A DNA stretch of 64,000 nucleotides, from assembly GCA_028534125.1 (NCBI GenBank), contig CM052817.1, forward strand, positions 107,014,001-107,078,000, read 5' to 3'. Source of the stretch: Lama glama (taxonomy: Eukaryota). Of this stretch, positions 1 through 12,831 are shown one piece after another. Below the pieces are notes generated by a model. It did no database searches, was not told the origin of the DNA, and worked only from the letters and a program-made list of their open reading frames with translations. A program made the position numbers and the translations under genes. Numbering within the stretch: the first letter of the stretch is position 1; every line of letters begins with the position of its first letter.

Positions 1-49
1 GTGCTCACCCTCACCGGGGCGCACCTGGGGTTTTCATGGAACACTCTTT

Positions 50-158
50 CATTTTTTCTTTTTTTTTTTTTTAGTTTTGATGGAGATCCTGGTGATTGAA
101 CCCAGGACCTTATGCATGCTAAGCAAACATTCTACCACTGAGCTATACCCCCACCTCC
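50..158 (-). mobile_element. tRNA-Ala-derived SINE (vic-1-like), short form
   Basis: Reverse complement has A box TAGCTCAGTGG, B box GGTTCAATC and an A-rich tail; TSD catggaac(a/c)ctcttt at 35-49 and 159-173. Confidence 0.9.
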
Positions 159-1092
159 CATGGAACCCTCTTTTTATGTGAAAGAATAAATAGTGGACAA
201 ACTGTGGCTATTCAGACTTGGGTATCTGGTAGGTATTTTCTTGAAAATGAACAAACTGAGCTTTTCACTTCGAGAAAAACAGCTGACGGCACTTTGGCAA
301 GGATAAAATTTTAGCTTTCTAGTCAAAATTAGCCTTTTGGAAAACGTATATCCAACACCAAAAATTTGACAGCTTCCCAATAATTAAAGCCTTTTTTAAT
401 GAGACAGTAGTGATAGTAACAAATATGATTTTTTTTGATACTGAATATAACATGCCAAAATTTGGAAGACCTAAATTCAGTGACCAACATGTGATGTTAA
501 AAACTCACGCGTGAGCAGAAAGACTCACTCTGTCTGTAAGACCAATGGGTTTTGATAAAAGAAAAATTTAAAAATCTCACCAATGTGAGCTTTTCCTCCT
601 GCAACTGAATCTTTAAGGAATTACCACTTGTCAAATTTTGGTGCAGTGTATCAGTAAGACTATTTGAAGAGGCTGTTCAGAATATCCCTCCCTTTTCCAA
701 CTGCCTGTCTGTGTAAGGCACAGACTTGTTTCATGTACTTTACACACTCCAGCCAGAGGAGCTGCTCACAACAGACTGAACACGGACACAGGTAAGAGTC
801 CTCTACTGGGCCAGACGTTCAGCGTATTTGCAAAACTATAAAACACGACCACTCCGCTTACGAATTTTTTTGTTTTGTAAATAGTTATTTTTCACTAAAA
901 AGAAAACCTTTATGTTAACGGATGATGGGTTTATTATTTTTAACTAATCAACAAATATATATTTTTCAGTTTCTCAGTTTCAATTTCTAACATGTAATAA
1001 TAATTCATGTAAACGAAAGCTGGCTGGAGCCTTCAAAAGGTTTCCAGAATGTAAAGGAGGAGTTCCGAGATGGAAAAGTTTGACACCTGCTG
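159..1092 (+). mobile_element. Charlie1-like hAT DNA transposon relic (3' part)
   Basis: Resembles recalled Charlie1 consensus (tggctattcagacttgggtat...aaaatgaacaaactgagc...gataaaattttagctttc) and ends in aaaagtttgacacctgctg, similar to the terminal repeat. Family call from memory. Confidence 0.7.
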
Positions 1093-1440
1093 CTCTAAGC
1101 GATGAACTAGAAAATCATCAGCCTCTTGGCTCTTTTTCAGAATCGTGCCAGCAGCTGTCCTTAGATTCCTCTGAGACAAAACCCTGTAAAATACTACCTC
1201 AGCTGAACCTTCTCACAACTCAACCTACCTGCAGTCAGTACCGATACTAAAGTCAGTACCGGAGGTTAGGCAAACGATCGTCCCGAGCAGAAATGAGGAG
1301 ACCGAAGCTATCAAGTGCTCATCAGGGATGTCCACTGTCAAGGGCACATTACCATCAAGGGTACCAATGAGGCCCAAGTACTCTCTGCATCACGGTTGGC
1401 TGGCATGTGCTTATTTCCTAAACAGGTGGCGGGGGTGGCG

Positions 1441-1585
1441 GGGGTGGGGGGGTATAGCTCAGTGGTAGAGCACATACCTAGCAGGCATGAGGTCCTGGGT
1501 TCAATTCCCAGTACCTCCACTGAAAAAAAAAAAAGTAACTAAACCTAGTAATTATCTCCTCCCTACCCCGTCCCCCCCCCAAAAA
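1441..1585 (+). mobile_element. tRNA-Ala-derived SINE (vic-1-like), long form
   Basis: ggtatagctcagtggtagagc...ggtcctgggttcaattcccagtacctcc, A-rich linker, aaaccta..attatctcc, C-run and A tail. Confidence 0.9.
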
Positions 1586-2284
1586 TGGACAAAATGATCT
1601 TCCTTCTAAAAGCTTTCCTGAATATTCCAAAATTCCTGATGATTCAAACAGTTTTTTTGACGGTTCAGTTTAAAAGTTTGCATAAAGAAATGGACAGAAA
1701 GTAGAAGGATGCCAGTATCAGTGAAAGGGAAATGTTATGGCTTATTTTGCGATTTTAACCTTATTTTCTAACACCCGTAAGTGTCTTCTGGATTGTACCA
1801 AAACCACAGGTGACCAATTATGACTGCAATCTGCACAGACACCTGAGTAAAAGTCAAGTCAACCTGAGTATTTTCTTTTTCATCTTCAAACCTTTCCCTT
1901 TGGAATTACTCGCTTATCGCTTGTTCCAATTAACAGTTCGCTTTTCAGCCTCAGCCCACTCTGCGATCGTGGGATTTCTCCCCTGGGCCAGCAACTCTAA
2001 ACTCCACACCAAATCCCACTGCCACCTCTGTCCCACTTGAAAGAGAGAAAGGGAGACTTAAGGAAAAAATAAGGCTACTTGACGCCACTCTAAGCCCATG
2101 AGAAACGGCTCTAATGCAAACAATTGTTCAGCAAGGCTTTTTTTTAATACATTCTATAATTATTTTTTCCAAAATATCAAAAAAAGTCTTCAGTCTACGT
2201 GTAATTTTAAAAATCACAAAGGCTACAAGGTACATCTGTCAGCTGGGCATGTGCAGATCACTCAAAAGTCTACTACCGATATTC

Positions 2285-2450
2285 TTAATACTACTGAACT
2301 GTACACTTGAGAATGGTTACGAGGATACATTTAATGTTTTTTAATAAAATTACATGTTTTTTATAAAAAAAGAAAAAAATGAATTATGCACTTTAAATGG
2401 GTAAATTGCATGGTATGTGAGTTACAACTCAATAAAGCTGTTTTTTTTAA
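2285..2450 (+). mobile_element. Ancient L1 3'-end fragments (L1MB/L1MC-like)
   Basis: actgaactgtacacttgagaatggtt and gcactttaaatgggtaaattgcatggtatgtgagttacaactcaataaagctgtt resemble old L1 termini. Confidence 0.55.
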
Positions 2451-5400
2451 ATATGTAAGTTTGTTCCTAATCAGTTTTTTTAAAAATAAGGGTGGGGGAG
2501 TTTGCTATCGAGATATGGATAATGATTAATTTTTTGAGAGACTAAGGAGGAAAATTTATTTACGTAAGTATATACAAAATAGTTGGCATTTTAAAATTAT
2601 TTTAATATGAATAGTTAAAACTTTCTTTTCACAAGTGATGTAAACCTAACAGCCATACATTGAATAACATGCTAAAGTTTCTTCCGAAGTTCAGTCAGCA
2701 GTATCTTCTAGCTAATAGAAAGGTATTTTAAGTTAATTATGTTTTAACACAGGATTCAAACTCAAAAGAGAACATTTCTAGTCACCCAATATTTCAAATA
2801 GTGAAAACAGATAACTGAGAACTGATAACTTAATTGTAAAAAGGTCAATTCAGCACTGCTGGGAAACAGGTCTGAATATCACAGTGGATTTTCCCAAAGA
2901 GAGGAGACACTTCTCAAACCAGCACGAAGCACTGCGAAATCTCATGACAGAGAAAAAAAAGAAATGAAAAAAGAAAAACATAAGAAACGAAACAGCTAAA
3001 GATGAAAGGACCTCTGCTGCTGAGACGAAAAGCTAAATTTTAGCCAAGTGTATTTAGAACGTGAACAGGCACAGAGAGCCACCAGTGTTCACCATCAGAG
3101 GCAGGACAAAGTGGCAGTGATCTTTCTGACAAATAAATTGCTTGAAATACTGCATGACTTGCTACACAACACCCTTATTACTTTCAATTTCCAAGTGCAA
3201 CCAAAAGATGGGTCCAATTATGACATCAATACAAGCTTTCTTTCAGAAGGGAATGAAAGAGCAGTCACTCCCACTGGGCACGGGAGCTTGGCGGCAGCGA
3301 TGATGTCACAGATAAAAACAGACACCCTCCAACAGAAGCTGCAACGCGTGTCAACAGCACACTGCACACGGCTCTCAGCTGCCTGGCGTGGATGTGCAAG
3401 GCGTGCTGTTAACAGAGCAAGATCAATCATTTTCTGTTCTGCACTAGTCCCTGATTTCACTTCAGTTTCTAACATACCCTACAGCGTCCTCTCTCCATCT
3501 GTATAAATTAAGTCAACACAAATACCTGATTACAACTGCGAGAGAGAGCAGCAGCCCCCCCAGTGCGAGGAGGCCGGGACCACGGCAGCCGCTCAACGCA
3601 CTGCACGTTGACAAAAGCAGCAGCTCCAGCGGCCGGGCTGGTGCGGCCACCTATTGTTCAAAGCCCTTTCCACGGGGAGCCTTCCGCAGGGTTAGAAAAT
3701 GCAACATGACTGAGGTGGAGAGCAGCTAGTAAACCTGCTGCTGACAGGCAGGAGAAGCAAGGGACACTTTTGACACTTCCTTTTTTAAAAAAACCCCTGC
3801 TGCAGACGTAAAACGTCAGGCCTGCATACAACAAACAGTACCCACCAAAATGGGGCAGCACGGGGTGGGGGGGCACCCATCACTCCTAACAGTCTATCCA
3901 CACCCTCCTCTCCATTCTCCGCCCCCAATTCTGTCTTCACGTTTCTACTGGGCTTTCCTGGATGAAAGATCTTCCTCTGAGCCAAGGTATGAAGGCCATT
4001 CAAGAAGCCAAGCCTGGCTCCTCAAGGTGCCCGTTTCCGAGCCTCCATGGTACCCGGACTTCCCTCTACAGCGCCTGCCCGCATGTTTATCTGTATTCTG
4101 TGCGAGACCACAGGGCAAGACAGGCAGATTCCGCCTCTCCTGTGGACCTTTACAGCCATGGAGACTGGCACACCTGAAGCAAGGCGGGCACAAACAGTCA
4201 TTAAATGGATACAAACGTCTACCTGAAAATCCTAACTCAGCTCTGCTCTCTGCGATACAAGAAACAGAATACACAAGTTTTCTGAAACTCCATTCTATTA
4301 CAATTCACAGAGAGGCAGTGATGATGGTATTGACGACAAAGGCTTTAGACTCAATTAAGCAAACAAATGCTTGATGAAAGAGTAAGAATGAAGAATAAAA
4401 ATATTCAAATAATTAAGAAAGTTCCCTGTATTTGAATAATTTCTGTGTATGTATGTAAGGAGAGTTTAAGTATCACCATACGAATAAATTAGTCAGTGGG
4501 GTATGGTATGAACTGATTGTTATCAGTTAAACCCTAAGACTTGAATATTCCAGGAAATTTAGTAGGTACACATGTCATTGATACATTACACGAAAACCAC
4601 GTTTTCTTACCGTTAAATAGCAAATACTGGATTAAACTAGGAAGACCTCAGTACAAAGTTAAACAATAAGGGACGAAGCAAAGCCACGAAGTGAGGGAAA
4701 CTACCGCCAACTTCTAACGCAAGAACAGCTCAAGTCAGAAAGCCTACTGTCAACTGTGCGTGATCACTGTGATTTTCTCATGTTTCAAGATCTGAATTTT
4801 TAAAATTAATGAAACCTACCAAGAAGTCCACAGCTGAAGATGAAACCAACTTAAATCATTCACTTTACAGAAAATCTACTTCAGAGATACGTAAGCTATA
4901 TATGTACAGCCTAGGAGCGATTCTACAACCATAAGGAGAAACAGGACTTGTCTTATGTTATTAAAAGGAATAATCTTACAAGGACTCATTTTCATAAGCC
5001 TCAGAAGGGAATCAATCTATTACATGGGTGCTATGTTTTAAAGATATTTTATTATCATTGACATTAATAAAAAGTCAGTCCCATGATGTTTTTGTGATAT
5101 TACACTGTACTCAATTTAGGTTTTACACAGTATTTTCACGACTTTTGTGCACCTGCACCAAGAACTTTAAGCTAAGCCTAACCTACTGAGGAAGTCAGCA
5201 CACAATCATCCGACGGCGCCCTGAAGTGATGTTCCCGTGGCAGAGGACCACCACTGCAATGTGTAGGAGAGGTCTTTTTCCATGACTGGTAGGTTCTCTC
5301 TATTTCACAGATGTTGCATTGGGTGAAACTAGGTTATACTGTGTTTGAATCCTCCTATTTCAAATTTGTACAAAGGAAAGCCACACTCTGGGGGTCCTGG

Positions 5401-7533
5401 AGGCGTGGAAGTGGGGAGGCCACCAGCACAGCACATCCAAGCGTGGAGAGCATTTGAATCACGCCGTCGGCCTAGGGAGGCTGAAAACGGAGGTAACACC
5501 AGCTGGCACCTGTGACCTCCGCGGTTCAGATGGGACATGTTCTCTTTGTCTCCAGTCTAGTGTCTCCGTGTAATGTTTGCTCTTTCCAAATGAGGAAGAG
5601 GGCAGCGCTGTTTTTTTTTTTTTTCATTTAAAATTTTTAAAAAAGGAGAGATGAGAGAGGGCAGACTAGCACCCCCATGACTCTGATCGGGTGAAAGTTA
5701 AGGGCCTTCGTCCCGTTAAGTCCTCCCACCTCCCCCTCCATGTTCATCACGGAGCTCAGATTCCCCTCCCTGCCCAAACTCCGGGAGCATATCACCCATG
5801 AAAGCAGAGAGGGCCTGGAAGGAGGGGTAAAATAAACAGTTCTCCCCCAACCCTGCTCTGAACCTGCTGACAAGGTAAATCTGCGCAAAGTCCCAAGTCA
5901 GTCCAAGACTGGCCCACGTGTTCCAGCCTCGGCCGGGAACGCCGCATCTGCGCCCTGCCTCTCTGTTCCCTGCAGCCACTCTGAGACTGAAAACTCACCC
6001 ACAGCCTACTTTCCAGCAGTCTCACACACAGCCTCAACCTCGACTCATCAAAATGTACGAAAACGCTGATGAAAGTCATCTCCCAATTTGCTTTCTCGCT
6101 GCATTTTAAAATGCTTATTCTCAGCAAACTCGCACATACGCCTTGAAAAAGCGACCCGAGAACCCTCCACGTGGACTACGACAGTATCCGTGTTGCTGAA
6201 GAAACTTACGATCACCTGATCTTAAATGCTGCAACACGTCTGACTTTAAAAGGTATGAGTAAGGTATACACCACAACTTGGTGCATATTTTAAATTCAGT
6301 TCCTAGTTCTTATTAGAGTAACTGGTCATTTCTCATATTAAAAAAGAAAAGAATTAGTTACATACTGATGCATCTTTTTTTTTAAAGTTACGTATTTCTA
6401 AAGTATACATTTACCAGATAAAAGCGCAAAACATTGGTGCAATTAAAAAATTTTTATACAACTTTATCGAAATTTTATCAAACTTAAAAACTATCAGTAC
6501 TTTTTAGATTGACCACATTACTGAACAATCTTGCTTCTAAAATACAGTACTGCAATCATGCCACACTGTGGCATTTTAATACTTATTTTCTTGTATAGAA
6601 CATAAAGTAACTGCCTCATTTTCATTTGAAAGCTTATACAAATATTTCGTGCTTTCCAACAAGGTTACTATAATAGCCAAAGACAATACACTGAGGGTAG
6701 ACTTCTAATGTGAATTAAATTATTCATGATCTTTTTCCTGGGCAATAAGAAAATACAACCATAATACTTTACTAGTTACTTAACCAATTAGTTTCCAGAA
6801 AGAAGTCAATTTTTCTTCCTTGACTCCAAATTCTCTGATAACCCCTAATTTGACCCAAAATTTCCAATGAGTAATACTGAAAATCATAAATTAGTCATGT
6901 GCTGGCAGGAAAAAAATGAGCAAAGATATTATCACAGGCCTTGATTAAAATACAGAATGAAATAACAGCATGAAATCTGGTTAAAAATAAAGCGCAAATA
7001 AGAAAACACAAGTCCTTTTAAATTATTTCCTGTTAGACTCAGCCTTTATTCTATCTGACTAAAATTGTACCAGTGGTCTCACAAAATGCACTCACATTGG
7101 GATTCCTGAAATTTAAAGCTTCCACCAATAGCCTTTAAAATCTAAGTTTCTGATGGATTTCCCACAGAAAAACTTTCACACAAAAAGCAACTAAAGACAG
7201 ACAGTCAATCTGTCTGTCTTTTTCTCTTCATTTATTTGCAAAGCAGGTGAGTTAAGACCAGTGCTCTGCTTATTCTTACAAACAAATAGGCTGCACTTGT
7301 CTTTCTTCAAAGCAAGTAGACAATTTATCCCCCGGTCTACACAAATAAAGCAGCCGTGCCTCCACCTAACCTGGGGAGAGCTTCAAAGTTTTAAGAGATT
7401 TTACTAAATCAGGGCAAAACACAAAAGAACAAGACCAAGCAAAACACATCCATACTATAAGCTCATTAGTTACAATGCAAATTCACAAATAAACGTGGGT
7501 TAGCAGTCAGAGACCACACACAAATTACAATAC

Positions 7534-7551
7534 CTGGGATTTAGTGCATTC
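7534..7551 (-). CDS. RAPGEF2: RAPGEF2 18-nt coding microexon (exon 7, phase 0->0), ECTKSQ
   Basis: ...cactttggctcaaag|GAATGCACTAAATCCCAG|gtattg; gives the ECTKSQ linker recalled between ...GYHT and LPADF... in RAPGEF2. Confidence 0.88.
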
Positions 7552-9906
7552 CTTTGAGCCAAAGTGAAATGAGTGCCATAGAGGAGGAAAGGGAAAGATG
7601 AACACTGTCAGACATGCTATAGGACATCTGCCAAAATGAAGACACTGTTACATCAGGTTAAGAAACGACCACACAGAATGGGCTCCTTGGGCACTGCTGT
7701 CCATGGTCCTTAGCCATGCACGCGAAATGCACCTGCAACCACCTGGGGTCACCTGGGCAGTTCAATCATGCGTCTTTCAGACAAACCTGTCCCCCTGGGT
7801 CCCTCCTCATGAGGGTTCGTTCAAAAAAGGAACACTTCTGTTTAGAATAAGTAAATGTGCCTTAGGGCTAATGGAGAATAATGATTTTTACTTAACTCTT
7901 TTGATCCTGTGGTATCAAATACAAAGCAAAGTTCTGTTCTTTTCATGTGTTAAAATCATGTATTTAGGTAAGATAGTAATTATATGAATATAATTTAAAG
8001 ACAATCTTCACAAAAAGACAGGATCTGGTACTTTCAATTATGACTGTCTTGTGGCCCACCTAAATTTATTTAGTAAAATGGAAGCCAACATGTCACATTT
8101 AGAACACTGGTACCTGACCCATCAGAAAGCAGGTTAAATTTTACATCCTAGTACTGAATTTTCCCTCGTAAAAGTATCTGTTGACCAGATAAGACATTTA
8201 AAAAAACTTTTTTTTAAATAGTAATCTCGTAACAATTTTCAAAAACTACACATTTTAAAAAAATCAGATAAAAAAAAAGGGAGTCATACGCAGGAGGTGA
8301 CTTAAGTATTCCACAACAGGGGAAACAAGGGGGTGGGAGAGAGAAATAATTATAATATGCTCCCCCCCAACTTAAGTGGGACAAATATGACTATAAAACC
8401 AAACCGATCAGCTTTAACACTGAAATTTTAGTAACCCACACTATCACTAAGTATCTTACTATAAAATCTGATTTGGAAAAATAATTCCAAAGCAGAAGGA
8501 GTATTAACAGTATTAGTAGATTGTACTATTAATGTGGGCAACTATTTTTAATCCATATTTCCTTCTTCCATGATGCTACATCAACACTAAAAATACTACC
8601 TTTTTTTTATAGACAATGGTAACAAAAAACCTTTCATGGTTTTTTTTTTTTTTAAATACCAAGTCTCTCTGACAGGCAAACAAAGCTGGCTTTATGAGGA
8701 GCAAAAAGAAACCCTTTCCAAACGGGCTCAATGAAATGATTCAACTATGAAATTCATGTTAAATTAAAACTTTTCGTGCATGGGCAGTGAGAAGGGTAGG
8801 CAGATAGCTGGTGGTCAAAACTCCATAAATATTCAAGTACAAAGGGCTCTCAGAAATAAAACATATAAAATATATCCCTTAAAGCTACTGGAAATTTAAG
8901 TACATAATTTTAAGCCTATATACATTTTCCCATGCATTTTTGCATTTATGTTTATTTGCAAAGAGAAAGAAAAGGCTAGGTAAGAAAAACAAATGTGAAA
9001 TATAAAATAGTTGTCAGTTACCTATCTTCTATCTTTTCACATTTTTATTTTATACTTTTATTCATATTTTTAATTTAAAATTAATTTCACAAATGAGTAC
9101 TCAGTCAACAGAACTACAAGTATAGACAAACCACGTTTAATCTTATTATGTCATATGTAAAACTTCCAGTTCCTTTCTTTTTGAAAAGAGAAATCCTCAA
9201 ACATGTGTGCCACCCTTTTGGATGGGCCACCAGAGGACACGTGCACAGTGCACTGAGCAGAGAAGGAGAAAGAAAAACGAGGCTCTCAAACTGACGATAC
9301 TGGGGTCTCGTACACGTCACTCATTGTCTGTGCCTTGGTTTCCCCAAACATAAAAAGTAGTTTATTTACCTGATATTTATGACATAATTAACAATGAAAT
9401 GTTTCAGACCGTCTGTAGGTCGGGCTTTTAAGAAGCATCATTTCAAATTACACTCTCGCTTCATCGTATTAAAAACAAAAAAAAATTTAGGTAATATTCT
9501 CACAGTGGTATAAAAAGCCATGAAAATAAGAAGTAATTTTTAGAGATCTACATTTGAATAAAAAAACGGGTAGGATACCTGCCCCTGGGAATGGGGAGGA
9601 GGCCAAAATTTTAGATTAAGGCAAGAACCTAAAAATATTCCAGTGACAACGGTACATGCTGACCACAGAGCTGAGCCTCAGAGCACATTTTAATAAATAA
9701 AAAGGCTAAACAATGTTTTCTGATATCTTATTTCAACGTCCCTTAAAACTACTCCTATAATGTGTGTTTCCAGGAAAACCTGCATTTTGGATAAGTATAT
9801 CACAGAAGAATTATGCATCAAAAAAAGAAAACTTAAATGTCTTTTCATGAGACTCCCTTCAAGAAACTAAAGATAAATGAAAGTATTGTATACTTTGACA
9901 ACTTAC

Positions 9907-10074
9907 CGTGTGATAGCCTCTCGGCAAAGGTGGTTTCCCCACAGGGTAAGGGTCCACGGTGTCGATAATTGTTTGTCTTTCGCCTTTCTGGTTGATTTTT
10001 CTGAATCTCCTTCGAGACTGTCGATGAGAAGCTTGACGCTGGAAATATTCTTCATTTTCATCCATATAGTCTAC
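9907..10074 (-). CDS. RAPGEF2: RAPGEF2 coding exon 6 (168 nt, phase 0->0), VDYMDENEEYFQRQASHRQSRRRFRKINQKGERQTIIDTVDPYPVGKPPLPRGYHT
   Basis: ...attttatttcag|GTAGACTATATG...CACACG|gtaagt; lies within ORF 9859..10173(-); peptide recognised as RAPGEF2. Confidence 0.97.
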
Positions 10075-11419
10075 CTGAAATAAAATCCCCCAAAATTTCA
10101 TTGCTTCAAATACAACATCCCATGTTAAGATCAGCTGCAGAATAAAACTTACAGATAGTCCACACTTGTTCATTTTGCAAAGACATTTGTGGACAGGCTA
10201 TCTCGACAGACTTAAGCCTTTCTGAGCTTCTCCGGAACTAACTGGTTTTGAGTTAACTTTTCTTTTATAAAGAAGCATTTTCAGTTCCACTTGGGACAAC
10301 ATGGGTAATTCTTGAATTTCCTGTAGTTCCAAAGGGAAGGACATTTTCAGTAGCCTTTGAGCTGACTTCCTAGTGAAAGCCCTCACAGGATACATCATCA
10401 CACATTAGGAAAGCAACTGTCCTTTGTCTTCACTAAAGTGCAGAGACCCTGATGTAGTTAATCTGTGTGAAAACAGAAAGCAAAAAAACCCCAAATCTGA
10501 AATGACTCAAACGCGCCTACGAGTGGAATGACTGTGGTGGATTACCAAAGGGTTTCCTCTTCCTACTTTCATTCTATGGATTCAGTTTCTTTTTTCATAC
10601 ATAGTGTTGTTTCAAAAAATAATTTCCTCATTTTCAACATTTAGAAAGTGATGAATGGAGGACCAGAGAATAAAAGTTACATCAGGTTAACCCTCGTCCT
10701 GCTTACACGACGAAAACGAGCCTGCTCCCCAAGGAGGCACATCTAGACACCACGACTGTCTGTTCAAGGACTTCTGAGGATCATAAACCCTTCAGAGAAA
10801 CACGAACCAGCAGTAATGGAGACCAAGATCTTGAGGAATTATCTCAAATGCTTCTCGAGACCTGTTGCTGGAAAGTCCTACGTTTCTGCCTCCACCCTTC
10901 CCATCCTGAATCTTTATTCGCCGGCACGCCACTTTCTCAGTTAAGGGTAAAGTCTGTGAGGTTTTACAAGAAGTTTTCACGTGCTCTGATGAGGAAGTTC
11001 TCATTTCTGACGAATGCCTCTTCTCCATCATAGGGAAGAAACCTACGTCTCCTCTGAAAATGGACTGCCAGTCATTCGCCAAATACTTCACCAAATGTGA
11101 AAGAAAATCCTCTGTCATCATCTATTTTCAGGTGTCATTCATTCACAAAATTTTCCTTCCCAGAGAGACACTGGACAGGGAGCACCAACTGAGGGTCCGT
11201 ACAGGGCACTTCCTCCCATCTTCTTAGTTTCGTTGCCTTTTTTTTTTTTAAAGGGGTAAATATTGCCCTATCTTAACATTGCTTTTATATGAAAAGAAGA
11301 ATGTGACAGGATTTTTTTTAAAGCATCAATAAAAGTAATTATGTGGCTAACATCTCTTCTAACATTATGGTTTTCTACATACATCTTATCTCAATATACT
11401 TTTTAAATCACACAATTCA

Positions 11420-11575
11420 GGGCAGGAGTATAGCTCAGTGATAGAGTGCATGCTTAGCATGCACGAGGTCCTGGGTTCAATCCCCAGTACCTCTGTTAAA
11501 TAAAAAAAAATAAAGTAATAAATAAATAAACCCAATTACCTCCCCCTAAAAAACAAAGAAACAAAACAAAAAAAT
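11420..11575 (+). mobile_element. tRNA-Ala-derived SINE, long form (first of tandem pair)
   Basis: tatagctcagtgatagagtgcatgcttagcatgcacgaggtcctgggttcaatccccagtacctc, then aaacccaattacctccccc and an A tail. Confidence 0.92.
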
Positions 11576-11583
11576 TTGTAAAG

Positions 11584-11700
11584 CGGGGGAAGGTATAGCT
11601 CAGTGGTAGAGCGCGTGCTTAGCATGCATCAGGTCCTGGGTTCAATCCCCAACATCTCCATTAAAAAATAAAAATAAAGTACTGTGAAAATAAATAAATT
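11584..11700 (+). mobile_element. tRNA-Ala-derived SINE, short form (second of tandem pair)
   Basis: ggtatagctcagtggtagagcgcgtgcttagcatgcatcaggtcctgggttcaatccccaacatctcca followed by an A-rich tail. Confidence 0.92.
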
Positions 11701-12176
11701 AATTACACAATTCTGTTAAAAAGAGAGTTAAGACTCTCAACAGAGTGCCTAATTAGCATAAAAGTCCCCCAGATTTCTTTCAATTAGCTAAAGGAAGTGA
11801 ATGGGGTTCCTTACGCTAATTGTTGCCTGAGTACATATCACTGTGACTCATTTAAAGTATCTCACTCATACCAATCAATATCTGGAGGGCTAAAATCCTG
11901 CAATTCCAAAATTATCCCCAAACTTCAATGAAATGGCATTATCAGAGACTGATTTATAAAGTTCAAGCACCAAACATTTAGGTACTTGCCCCCTTTAACT
12001 TTATCATTTAACTGAATCCTATAAATAATTATAACAGTATGATTATAAACTCAAATCCAGAAAGTTACCAAATAAATACATCTAAAGTTATAAAATACAC
12101 TATTATAAGTAGTTTGTGAAAATGCTTTTATTTCGTAACTTTCTTGAGGGGAAAGTCTCCACAGAAGCTTTCTTAC

Positions 12177-12252
12177 CACAATCATTTCAGAAGGTTCGAG
12201 AACAATGCATTCGCAGCCACGCCTAAAGCTTCCTGCAGAACGCTTGCCGAAA
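12177..12252 (-). CDS. RAPGEF2: RAPGEF2 coding exon 5 (76 nt, phase 2->0), FGKRSAGSFRRGCECIVLEPSEMIV
   Basis: ...tttttcttctttctag|TTTCGGCAAGCGT...ATGATTGTG|gtaaga; AG+T=Ser joins exon 4. Confidence 0.96.
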
Positions 12253-12331
12253 CTAGAAAGAAGAAAAAATATTTAAGAAACATAAATTGGGATTTAAGTT
12301 AACACTTCAGAAATACAAAAATAAAAAACAA

Positions 12332-12831
12332 NNNNNNNNNNNNNNNNNNNNNNNNNNNNNNNNNNNNNNNNNNNNNNNNNNNNNNNNNNNNNNNNNNNNN
12401 NNNNNNNNNNNNNNNNNNNNNNNNNNNNNNNNNNNNNNNNNNNNNNNNNNNNNNNNNNNNNNNNNNNNNNNNNNNNNNNNNNNNNNNNNNNNNNNNNNNN
12501 NNNNNNNNNNNNNNNNNNNNNNNNNNNNNNNNNNNNNNNNNNNNNNNNNNNNNNNNNNNNNNNNNNNNNNNNNNNNNNNNNNNNNNNNNNNNNNNNNNNN
12601 NNNNNNNNNNNNNNNNNNNNNNNNNNNNNNNNNNNNNNNNNNNNNNNNNNNNNNNNNNNNNNNNNNNNNNNNNNNNNNNNNNNNNNNNNNNNNNNNNNNN
12701 NNNNNNNNNNNNNNNNNNNNNNNNNNNNNNNNNNNNNNNNNNNNNNNNNNNNNNNNNNNNNNNNNNNNNNNNNNNNNNNNNNNNNNNNNNNNNNNNNNNN
12801 NNNNNNNNNNNNNNNNNNNNNNNNNNNNNNN
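12332..12831. other. Assembly gap (500 N)
   Basis: Run of exactly 500 N. Confidence 0.99.

Noticed and set aside
1..7500. Searched for the short-isoform first exon (recalled MKPLAIPANHG...) and the LPADFTKLHL exon
   Set aside because: Not found by eye; presumably beyond the left edge of the window.
9859..10173. 104-aa single-exon ORF
   Set aside because: Only 9907-10074 is coding (bounded by splice sites); the flanks are intron read-through.
10792..11121. 109-aa minus-strand ORF between exons 5 and 6
   Set aside because: No recognisable homology, and exons 5 and 6 already join in frame without it.
11584..11660. Near-intact tRNA-Ala(AGC)-like sequence (and similar heads in the other SINE copies)
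   Set aside because: Followed by an A-rich tail rather than a T-run terminator, inside a TSD, and one of 11 diverged copies: a SINE, not a tRNA gene.
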